A stretch of DNA of 63,919 nucleotides, the filler included, from Intoshia linei (taxonomy: Eukaryota > Animalia > Orthonectida), in assembly GCA_001642005.1 (NCBI GenBank). It is 8 parts of 8 records of this genome, joined end to end, with 100 filler letters (N's around TTAATTAATTAA, not from the genome) between each part and the next. Parts side by side here need not be neighbours in the genome. Positions count along the whole stretch, not along the records: positions 49,134 to 58,785 come from LWCA01001349.1; positions 58,886 to 61,179 come from LWCA01002401.1; positions 61,280 to 63,919 come from LWCA01002241.1; 5 more parts are not named here. The stretch is one strand, 5' to 3'. A program made the position numbers and the translations under genes. The notes below the pieces were generated by a model. That model had not been told where the DNA came from. It saw only the letters and a list, made by a program, of their open reading frames with translations, and did no database searches. This document shows, piece after piece, positions 52,749-63,919 of the stretch. Position 1 is the stretch's first letter. Each line of letters opens with the position of its first letter.

Positions 52749-55700
52749 TTAAGGATGATATACAGATATTTTGGACACGTTCTTGGCTGTAAGAAGACAT
52801 TTACACTGTATACACGATTCTACAGGTTCTTCGTATACATGTTCATTGTATAAAGAACTTTTTGTATAGTCACTGGATTCTTTATTTTTCATTTTTTGTG
52901 AGAAACCATTTAAATCAACAAACTTATTCAAGTTTATGTTAGTTGGATCAGCTGTTTGCATTAAATAATTGTTTTTTTGTTTTTTTCTATATTTATTTTA
53001 TTTTGTTTATATTTTTTTACCGATAACGCATCAAATAAATGGCACCAAATAAAGATATTGATCCTATAAATATTCCTATTAATATACCGATTCCTATAGC
53101 CATTGCTAATGCTATTCCTGTCGAACCATTCACAGCAAATATACTCGTCTCTACAATAATTTATATTTAACTACATTAATTTAGATATTATAATAATATT
53201 ATTATTATAAATGAACAAAAAATATCCACAAGTCTTGATTGCCGCAGTAAATGTTACACTTAAAAGTTAATCAAGTTTATCTATCAAGATATGGAAATAA
53301 TTTAGACTAGAACAACATTGTTGCTTTTAACAAATTGCTACAAATTTTAACGTCGAATTTATTAACATGTATTAATATGAATTATATATGAAAAACTACA
53401 ATAAATAATCAAGACTTAATTTTTTGATGATTAGAATGGATTTGGCTTTTAACCAGACACAATGAATATTTACAAAAATAAATGAAACATTTGAAAATTT
53501 TATGATGGTCATACTGTCTCAAAATTTATTGTAAAAAATCTTGAATACGTTTGAGAGGTGTTTATATTGAAATTATAAACAAAAATAGAACACCATCATA
53601 GAACCAGTCGGTTCTACGTATGTGAAATATTTTTTTAAGATTTAAAATAATATTGCTTTTTGGACTATTTTATGATAAAAATGAAATAATATTTTAATTT
53701 CCCTTTTTATTTACATTAGTAGACTACAATGTAAACTACGTTATACTGATAAATTACACAATTTACGTAAATTTTTGAATTTTAGGTAGATAATACTTAT
53801 TTACATAAAGACTTGTAAATTAATGTATTTATTCTTTTCATATTATTAGACTATTATTTATTGATGTATTTCTCAATGTATAGAGGAGTGGAGAGGGGCT
53901 AGGGGCCTAAAGTGTACAATCATGAGTGGACTAATTTTTTAATTTAATAATAGGTAATGTTGGAACATTTTGATAACTAATCTATTTCATACGGTTATTT
54001 TTAATTTTTAGATAATGACGATCGATTAAATATAGAGGTTCTATTTTTGAAAATTTTTTATAGGCCTACAGTGTCCATCTGTCCCGGACCTACTGTTTGA
54101 TCTCCACGGCCCTGTCTCAGTATCACATATTGACTTTTAATTGGATTAAATTATTTAAATAAGGCTTGCTTGTATTGTATTTGAATTATTACCTTCATAT
54201 TTTTTTGAACATTTAATGTTATCAATTCCAATCCATTCATTCTTTATGCAATGAATATTATGTAGTTTTTTATTTGAATTTTTACATTCTATCGTCATTG
54301 TATCATTTGATATGTGAATAATATTTAAATGCTTTTTGTTTATATTTTTAGGTATTTTGCAGCCATGGACTAGAATTATAATATATACTGTATATTAAGG
54401 TGATTCTATTTTTGACTTTTTATGTAATATAAAACAAATGTATAGATTATAAAATGTATCAGTATATAATATATTACTAATATAATATATATACTATTTT
54501 ATATACGATGTATACCAGCCATGTTAAACTCAAATACGTGGCGGGCCGCATCATAAAAATTTTCCGAGCATCACCTTTGGAAACCATTATAATATATGAA
54601 TATAAAAATCATTGTGTAATCAGGGCCGTTAAGAGAGCTAGGGCATAAGGCTGGGCCTAAAATCATGAGGGCCTACTTGTATAATTTATTATAAATAATG
54701 TTGCAAAATTTCTTAAGTATACCACAATTATCACATTATAAAATGTTCCATTAACAGTCTAATTAGTAATTTTTAATTTTTAGATAATGAACGATCGATT
54801 CAGCAATGTATAGAAATCCTATTTTTAAAATTTTTTATATAGGGCATACTGCTCTTCATGACCCTGTGTGTAATACACAATGTGTATTAGAAAGTGACGT
54901 TAAATTAGATAATAATGGACGTTAAAAATTCCATATATCAAGAGTTCCCACACTTTTTTAACGGCGGACCTGTAATAAAGTATACATTTTATCGCGGATC
55001 ATTAAATCGAAATTACTCTGCAACAATAAAAACATTTGATAAAAAACGTAATAAATTAATTATTATTAAATGTATTATATTATATTATTACATATATATA
55101 TTACCTAAAATAAGCAAAAAAAATTGAATGTCATAGTCTTTATGATCGATTTGAGAATATGAATTAATTTTCGCATAAAATTTAACATTATTTGATGTTG
55201 ACAAAATAATTTGTTTTTGCATATCTTGATTTTCAGAAACGATGGATTTATATTTACATATTGATGACATTTTAGAGACGGCTTCATTATTTTTCTAAAT
55301 ATTGATATATGAATGCTATTCTATTTTAAAAAAATATCCATAATTATTATATTAATTAAATTATAATTTATATTATCAATCTAGACCAGGAATGTCAGAC
55401 TGAATTTGATTGACGGGCCAAATATGAAAGAAATTATTACGCGGGCACACAAAAAAATATTTTTACTCAAACCATTATTAAACTAACAGTTTTAATTTAT
55501 TAATAAAATGAAATAAGAAACAATAATGTAATAAGTGCTAAAATTGTAATCATAAATAAATAAATCATGAAAAATATATAAATAAACTGTAAAAAAAGAA
55601 ATATTGGTAAAAACTTTTGTTATAACGCACGCCTCAAATTCCATAGTTGTGGCCGCAAATAGCACACGGGTCGCATAATTGACATCCCTGGTGTACATTG

Positions 55701-57365
55701 GTAGTATCTGGTAGACTGAAAAAATTACATTTTTAAAATATTGAGCGGAATTATTTAATAAGTTATATTCTGTCAAATACAATTTAATGCAGAAATCAGT
55801 TTCCATATAATTTGATTTGACGGAATTGGGTGGATCATTCAAATCATTAGTATTTAAATTTTTATCTTGGTTTAATATAAAATTTTGAGCTTGTATTTCA
55901 ATATGTTGGCCCTCATTTGCTTTTAAATTTATCGGGCACATTTCACTTCCGTATATTCCATTTGACCATAAAAATACTTGTTGCTTTTTTTCGAGAAATG
56001 TTATTTTGTTGCAATTTGTTTGTGGTTTTATTACTATAATAGTTAATTTAGCTTATATAAATGATCAAAATCTATTTTGGACAAACGATATCCATGGCCA
56101 GTCTAAGAGATTCTCTAGATCAGGGTTTCCCAAACCCGTTTTGTTTACCGCCCCTTTCCAACAATATATTTTTTTAACGCCCCCTTGAAAAAATTTTCGA
56201 CTACTTCTTAAGTGTATTTAAAAATTTACTCAATAATTAACCAAATTTTTATTAGATTCAACTGATTATGAGATATTTTCGAAGTCGATATTTAATATTA
56301 ATGAAAATTATATACACAATGTGTATTACACATGTATATTATCAAATTGTCAATTAAAAAATAATATATTTATTACTGTGTCACTGTTTATCTTTCCGTT
56401 TATTTGTTTTTCTCTCTTTAAAAATTTCTTTTTATGTTTTTATTATTTTTTAAATCGCCCCAATCACTCTAGCTGGAAATCTTATCTAACTGAACTAATC
56501 GCCCTCTGAAGGCGATATTGTCCACTTTGGGAACTCCTGATCTAGATTATAAATTCTAATTTTTTAGTTGTAATAGTTTTTTACATTAATTTTTATATTT
56601 TTAAATTTACTTGAAAGACATTTATATGATGCCAATAAAAATGATTTAAAGTCACGTGGACACGAATTGGTGGTGCCATTTTCGAAGTTTACAACATTAA
56701 AATGGCAAGTATTCCTTCCATTGCAAACATTGGCCAAGGTATTTTTAACATTAGTTGCACAACCAATATGCCCGCCTTCGCCATTAATACATTTACCAAT
56801 ATGTGACCTTCCAAATATTGCAGTATCGATTAAAATAACTTTAGAATTGGCACAACTTGCCGTAAATTCTTCACCAATACAGTATTCCCTATTGTGACCT
56901 AAATATATGTAAATATGATTAATAATGTAACATTCAAACTTATAGATACATAGTATGTATTACAATGTAATAATATTACATACACTCTATGCATATGATA
57001 CAATAGTAATAATATTTAAATGATAAAGTAATTATGCAAATTTTGTAATTTTAAATGAATTTCAAAATTTTTAGGCATTTCGTCTTTTCTCGTCTCTTTA
57101 TCGAGATTTCAAAATATATTACAGTCAAATGTATTTTAGATGATATATTGTTGAATAAGTACGTATTAAATATGAAATTACTGAAAAATAAATTTTCTAA
57201 TTTTTTCTTTTTTTCAGATTTTTCATAAGGACTTTTAAAGGATTCAAATGGTTTATTTACATTTGATATTAAATTATCGTGGCGGTGTTTAAATTTCCAA
57301 TTGTGGTAACTTGCGTAAATGTTGCAATAATTTAATATATACATTATAATGATGGTCCTGTGCAT
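52749..57365 (-). CDS. single-pass receptor: signal peptide, SUEL/Gal-lectin, CUB-like, sushi-like, TM, Tyr-motif tail
   Basis: EYCIGEEFTASC..SKVILIDTAIFGRSHIGKC...GCATNV...CNGRNTC...SCPRDFKSFLLASYKC; GSEMCPINLKANEGQHIEI; GCKIP...IEC...HCIKNEWIG..IKC; TM GIALAMAIGIGILIGIFIGSISLFGAIYLM; tail EHVYEEP. Confidence 0.8.
54621..54866. mobile_element. hAT MITE with a perfect TSD
   Basis: TGTGTAAT|CAGGGCCGTTAAGAG...CTCTTCATGACCCTG|TGTGTAAT. Related copies at about 53880-54114 and 27260-27389. Confidence 0.85.
56121..56539. mobile_element. hAT (Charlie-like) MITE
   Basis: CTCTAGAT|CAGGGTTTCCCAAA...TTTGGGAACTCCTG|ATCTAGAT. Confidence 0.85.
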
Positions 57366-58885
57366 GATTTAAAATTACGTCAAATCTAATCAAATCAAAG
57401 TAAATTTGAGCAATCTAAAATATAAATGTATCTTTAATATTAAAAATATGAAAAAAATAAATTTTAAAGGGTTTGTGATAAGTATAATGAAAAATTTCTA
57501 AAATACATTAAATTTGTGCGTGTATCAAATTTATACTAGAATGGGAATTCGATTATATTTTATTTTGTTATACTGAAAGCAATGCATCTATAAATGCATA
57601 AAATATTTATTATTGTATGAATTACTAATCTCATCATTATATTGATAAATATAAGATAGTAACTACGGATATCATATAATATTACCTGTTGCAAATTTAG
57701 AAATGGCGCAATTACAAATAGTTATTATTTTGTACTTTTGAAATCTGAAAAATTTGATTAAAGGCCAATTTCTTATCCCACTTGAAAATTAAAATTATAG
57801 ACTGATTTTATATAAATAAATTTACTTTAATTTATAAATAAAATGTGAATCAAAGTCAAAATCCAGATTTAGTATAAGAAATATTTATAGTATTTATCGT
57901 AGAAGCGTGTATCAGCCAATCATTTTTAAATATTTATCAAGTTATTTTTTATTTCTTATCCAGTTGCCGTATTAACACAATTGGTTTTTACCGCAAATTG
58001 ATCAATTTGTATGTACAGGTAATATTAATATAATGTTTATTTATATGGAAGTCACGACAAATTTTAGGTAACATAAGGTATGTTTAAAGTTTAAATTTAC
58101 AAGTATAAATAATTGAACTCAACACAATCAGAGATTGGAATTAATTGATTGCAACCAATTTAATTGTAATTAATTGGTAAAAATTATTGAAAAATGAAAA
58201 AATATTTATAATTAATTGAAATAAATTGGTTTTTTAAAATATAAAAAAATTTTAATTAATTGAAGATTGATAACATTATCATAATCATTTTTAAAAAACT
58301 GTCATGCGATTATAATTAATATACTCTTTGATACTTATATATTATATATACTAGTATAAGAATATACTATTATATATACTATACTTATATAATGATAAAA
58401 ATGCGTTTCTATTTTTCTAAAATTGCATAGAATAATAAAAAGTTGTTAATATTTTACTATACAATATCAAACTATTTTATTTATAAAATATTTTCATATT
58501 ATTTATTTTATTATATTTCTTCCTTCGAATTTGGAAATTAATAAAGCATGATGGGACTGCGATACGCTACAACGAGTGTTGACAGTGTCAACTTGACACC
58601 TNAACGAGTGTTGACAGTGTCAACTTGACACCTTAATATTGTATTTATTATAAATTATAGTATATAATGATTACATTTAATTTTTGAACTACATTAAAAA
58701 AATTTATCTAATTTTTTCATCCAACCATTCATCAATAAAAGGATTCAATTTATATTTTTTCAGTTATATGAAAAAACCAATTAATNNNNNNNNNNNNNNN
58801 NNNNNNNNNNNNNNNNNNNNNNNNNNNNNTTAATTAATTAANNNNNNNNNNNNNNNNNNNNNNNNNNNNNNNNNNNNNNNNNNNN

Positions 58886-59736
58886 TGTGAGTGCTTTTCT
58901 CTACAATTTGATGAATCAATTCACATTAAAGACACAGCAAAAGTTTAATTTTCATTCGTATGGTATTTGATGATTGGAATACATAAGAAGAAATAATTAA
59001 AATAATAAGCCTTAGTGAAAGAAAAAGATTTATGGATTTGTATAACTCATTTAAAACGTTTTTGTCAACAAAAAATATTCCTATCCATAAACTCGTATCT
59101 ATTACGACAAATGGTACAAAATCTATGGTTGGTAGTAAAAGCGGATTTATTGGATTATGAAAAAACGATGATGATTTTCCGAATTTTTTAAATTATCATT
59201 GTTTTATGTAGTAAAAGGTTAAATCCCAATATAATTATGGATATTACTTTTAAAATTGCTAATTTCATCAGGGCTAAAGCACTTCAAAGCACACTTTTCA
59301 AAAGTCAATCTGAAGAAAACTGTGAGTTAGTTTTACACACAAACGTAAGATGGCTTAGCAGAAGTGTATTTTTGGAAATATTTATAATTTTATTAGACGA
59401 TATTAAAATATTTCTTCGGAGTCGGAATGATAATTATGCAGAATTCTATGATAAACAATGGCTATGTGAATTATCGTTTTTAGCAGATTTTACGGGAAAA
59501 TTGACTATGTTGATTCAACATTGTTGAATCTATATTTACAAGGAAAAAATAAAACGTTAACAGATATGATAAGTAGTATTGATTCTATTAAAAATACAAT
59601 TACTTTAATAATTAATGATCTCAATCAAAAAAAATTTAAATATTTTCCCAATATCACCAATTTTTGTAAAAATAACCCTGATGTTAATATTAATTGTAAT
59701 AAATTTATTAATTTTTATTTTCAAAAAATTTTGTAA
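58886..59736 (+). pseudogene. hAT (SPIN/GTF2IRD2-like) transposase remnant
   Basis: FSLQFDES...LVSITTNGTKSMVG...YHC...LHTNVRWLSR...WLCELSFLADFT...LNLYLQGK, with stops and frameshifts. Confidence 0.85.
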
Positions 59737-60179
59737 ACTTTAATTAATTTATAACATTACAGCAACGTAATATAAAATATAAAATTAAATTTATACTAAC
59801 TGAAACGTGTTTATTTTTTTATTGATAATGGTTACAAATTTAACATAAAATGATAAAAAGAAAAACTACATTCAGTAGCTAACAGTCCAAAATAATGAAG
59901 ATGAGACGTCTCAATGAGTCTCAAAAAGAATATGATATCCGAAATAGGTAAGACAACAATTGTTTTTTTAATTAATCATACTGTATTCATTCTGATTTAT
60001 ATTTAGGAAAATTTTCTGTAGACAATGCAATTTTTTTAAAACAAGAAAAAAGGCCAAAAGTATAGACACATTTTTAATATCAATCATTTTTATATTACAG
60101 TCCTTTGCAATAATCGTAAATTTCGACTGAAATATATATAAAGTGAAGATTCAATTAATAAAAATCATTAATATCATAT

Positions 60180-60969
60180 ATTATCAATATTATCAAAATG
60201 TGCATTGTACGTCTATACATTTCCAATAAAGACATATGGGTAAAAATCTATATAATTCATTTCTTCGTAATTTTTTTCATTGCTACGCAATTTTTAAATT
60301 TAAATTTTCATTTTCAAAACATTTTTATTAAAACATTCAAATTTAAATAACTAAACAACGAAACTAAAAAAACTTTGTTAATATCATTTTTATATTACAA
60401 TCCTTTGCAATAATGGTAAAATTCGACTGAAATGTTTATAAAGTGAAGATTCAGTTAATTATTAATACACAATTGGTATTTTTATGTATTTATTAAATTG
60501 GTGTTGAATATATGTCATTACATTGAAAATGACAAAATAGGTTTTTATAATTTTATTTTTTTTGGAATTTATGCTATTTATGACAATTTTTAGGATTGGA
60601 CTTTTTTTACTTTATTTTTAATATTATACACACATTCTGTCTAATAAATTAAAAAAATGGGATAATAATTGTTTTTAAAATTCTTTACGCAAATATTAAC
60701 AAACAAAAAATTAAGATGGAATAATTAACTTTATAGTAAAAAGTAATGTGATATGACGGTTCCACATGAAACAAATTTGGGAACCACTCTTTTAAAGGAT
60801 TGATAATAGTTAATAGTAGGATTTTTAAGTTAGATTTTCAACGGGGATTGATAATAGTGAATAGTAGAATTTTTAAGTTAGATTTTCAACGTGAATTTTT
60901 TAGTATAATAAAGAGTGCCCTCGACAGAGCTAGGTGCTGTTTGTACGTAGTACTAAACAGCCAAGCTAG
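60180..60969 (+). mobile_element. non-autonomous Helitron copy (3' half, with short internal duplications)
   Basis: Matches 35030-35760; ends cagccaagctag|t. Confidence 0.8.
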
Positions 60970-60974
60970 TACAA

Positions 60975-61179
60975 TATAAGTATGATGTGTTCAGAATATG
61001 TTCAATCATGTTTCGGTTCGACATACTTATGCAAATCAGCGTTTTCTGTAATAAATAAACTCAATAAAATCGAAAAATCGGTCGTTCCTTAATGATAAAA
61101 ACTTGGAAAATTTAATGAAATTATTCTTGTCAAATTACACTCCTAATTTTAATAAACTAGTAAATGACACAAAAATACA
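60975..61179 (+). pseudogene. hAT transposase C-terminal remnant
   Basis: SMFGSTYLC.SAFS...RSFLNDKNLE...YTPNFNKLV (frameshifted). Confidence 0.65.
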
Positions 61180-61279
61180 NNNNNNNNNNNNNNNNNNNNN
61201 NNNNNNNNNNNNNNNNNNNNNNNTTAATTAATTAANNNNNNNNNNNNNNNNNNNNNNNNNNNNNNNNNNNNNNNNNNNN

Positions 61280-62252
61280 TCCAAGATTTTCTTAATAATA
61301 CTCAATCATGGGATGATGATACCTTATTTTTAGTTGAGACATTGTTGGAAAAATTGAACGACTTTACCTTTGTTTTCATTCTTAATTGTTTTGATGATAT
61401 ATTGTCTAATTCTGGCATTTTGTTTGACGTATTACAGATGAAAAAATTAAATATGAAATTTGGACCATCTAAAATCAAAGAATTTGTTACATTTGTTGAA
61501 GCGTTACGTACTGATGAACATTTCGAAGATATTATTGAACGGACACATAATATTTTAAATTCTAATGACATTGATTATCATGTAACACTACCACGAAGGC
61601 AGATCAATTATAAAGCAAAATTTTTCGAAATTGTAGACAATGTACTAGTTACTTTAATAGAAAGATTTGCTTTTATGGAAGAATACAATTTTTTCGAATT
61701 AATTGATATCACCAAATTCAATGAATTTTCTATTTTATTTCCGGCTCATCATATATCGGCGTTGAACTCAATGTATCCTGATATTTTTGATATATCATCT
61801 TTAGCGAATTAAAATATATATACGACGATGAAGATTTTGAGAAATGTACCTCAATTCAGAAATTATTGGAATATATATATAGAACTGATCTATTAAATTT
61901 CTTACCAGAGAGTGTAAAATGTATAAAATTATTAGTCACTATCCCTATAACTTCGGTTTCTAATGAAAGAAGTTTTTCGACGCTCAATAGAATTAGATCA
62001 TATCTGAGGCCATAATATCTATTGAAAATGAATTGTTAAAAGAAATGGAGATTAATGGAGAACTACATTCTCAGATTCTTGATGAGTTTGTCATTAAACC
62101 ACGTTTATTAGAATATATGTATAAATAATAGTTATATATAATAAAATTTAATTTAAAGTTAATTAATTGTAGTGATATAAGGTTTATATATGTTTCGTTT
62201 CTATGGTACTATGTTGATCACGAATAACGTTTTGATCTCAGAGTCGCCACTG
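61280..62252 (+). mobile_element. hAT (Tip100/ZMYM1-like) 3' half
   Basis: ORF 61342-61812, then LLVTIPITSVSNERSFSTLNRIRSYLR; terminus AGAGTCGCCACTG. Confidence 0.8.
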
Positions 62253-63751
62253 GTCTTTACCTTTTTCTGTTTTCCTAACATTTTTCCTAGTAAAAAAATA
62301 TGGAAATTTTTTTTACCGTAGTTGCCATGCAATTGTTATAATTTTAAGATATAACATAGATCATGTGACACTAATCATATTAATCAATAAAAAATCGTAT
62401 TTAAATCGTAATTTAAATTTATTAACACGACAAACAGATTATTAAAATTTTCACTAAACTAACTGAGAAATCATAAAACGAAAACTTTAAACTTCAAGAC
62501 GCGGGGGTTTTTTGGATAAAAATTAAAAATCTTATTTTACAGCAAATTAAGCGGCGCTCATTTTCTATATATGTCATTTCAATCATAGAAAAATAAAATA
62601 GCCCTAATGTACATTGTACAATATAAAAATTTGTGACACAACTATTCGACAAGTTGAATGTTCTTTTGAGAAGCAGTCTCCGCATTAAGAATGACTGGAA
62701 TGTTATGGATGCTATTATACAATATACCTGATCTATCAATAGACATATATGAAGGTGCCTGTTTGATACATTTTTCGAAATATAAGTTGTATTTTTCATT
62801 GTGTAAGCGTTTTGATAAAGATAAAATGTCGTGAAAACTAATTGAATATTTAAAATACACTACATAATTATATTGGTCAATATAATAAAAATTAAGAACA
62901 TTATAGTCCAGTTTTAAAATGACCGCCATGGCGGTCCGCGACAAATATTTAATCTTTTCATGTACTCCTAAATCAATTTTTTAATTGAAATTGATGTTTT
63001 TAGAGATAAATAATTTCATTAGTTTTTCAAGGATGTGAACAGCGGATTAAATGATGTTTCAGCTTCATTTTACATATTTCTAATATGGTCCATATGAAAT
63101 TAGACAAATAAATTAGTATTGATTAATTTATTTGGCAATCGAAAAAGCATATGTCTAGGGCCGCCATTAGGACGAGCTTGTAGTATAGTAAATAAATAAT
63201 GTATTAAATTAATTTAATTTGATTTAAATAAAAATTACTTTCTTGTAATAACCACCAAATCTCCTCCGACTTTAAGACTTTTTAAAATATTTAAGTTCGT
63301 TTTAGAGCAAACTTTATTTGTAAAAATAATCTAAATATTTTGTTAGCACAGTCGACGTTCTCAAAAGTGGTCATTTTTGGGACATTATTTTTTTCAGTAA
63401 AACCATAAAACTGTCATACGCGACTTTATTCGTCGCTTGAACCATCGAACAAATCGTACACATTGAAAAAACAGATTTCAAAATTATCGTGCATATATGA
63501 ATAATTTAATTTTATATCTGACAAATCTGTTCTGGAGGTGACGTTTAAATACAGTCAAAATATCATTTAACGAAAATGGAAAAACGTTAAAATGCAATAT
63601 TCGTTAAATGAATTTAACGAAAATATTAGAAATGTACTGCTGCACACATATCTTAAATTTATCAAAATTATATTTAATATGAACAAATAATTAAATTTAT
63701 TATTATATAATAATAATACTAATTATTAATATTATACGTATAAAATTTCAC

Positions 63752-63919
63752 CATGGAAAAATTAAGAATCGAACAAAGTGTTAGAATTATTGAAGCCTAT
63801 TACAAAAATGGACGTTCAAATAAAAAAGCATTTCGATCACTTCGCGATTACTTAATTATTGTATTAGCATAATCGACCAACCGAGAGTGCAATTGGGAAA
63901 ATTGTTCATAAATTCAAAG
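63752..63919 (+). pseudogene. mariner-like transposase N-terminal HTH remnant
   Basis: MEKLRIEQSVRIIEAYYKNGRSNKKAFRSLRDY...HNRPTESAIGKIVHKFK (frameshifted); runs off the window. Confidence 0.65.

Noticed and set aside
62494-62944. Two overlapping ~100-aa minus-strand ORFs
   Set aside because: No recognisable motif or splice structure; probably transposon debris.
1-63919. CRISPR arrays, rRNA, prokaryotic operons or defence systems
   Set aside because: The sequence is intron-rich eukaryotic DNA; no regularly spaced repeats or rRNA-like segments were seen.

Overview
Very AT-rich eukaryotic (animal) genomic DNA. It has spliceosomal GT-AG introns, many only ~28-45 nt, and dense DNA-transposon debris. 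Seven N-gaps each carry an artificial TTAATTAATTAA linker, so the window is eight joined contigs. Genes recognised by manual splicing and translation: CFAP47 (5' part), the C-terminal half of GTF2F1/RAP74, an alpha-arrestin (Arrestin_N only), TUBGCP6, a TFIIIA-like zinc-finger gene (fingers 5-8), CFAP96/C4orf47, ALYREF, TIMM44, and a SUEL-lectin/CUB-like/sushi-like single-pass receptor. Tiny introns, extreme divergence, motile-cilia genes and the annelid-type lectin receptor suggest a compact lophotrochozoan genome such as the orthonectid Intoshia; this is inference, not verified. Mobile DNA includes a multi-copy non-autonomous Helitron family plus a RepHel remnant, many hAT elements/MITEs with 8-bp TSDs, two hATm-like transposases, Tc1 remnants, a Chapaev3-like element and a plant-type DD39D mariner remnant. 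The most notable observations are: (1) an arrestin 5' half and a TFIIF-alpha 3' half abutting opposite ends of one transposon; (2) a Helitron family with a double 3' terminus; (3) a 22-bp gap between the TFIIIA-like gene and TUBGCP6. Homologies were recalled from memory, not searched.
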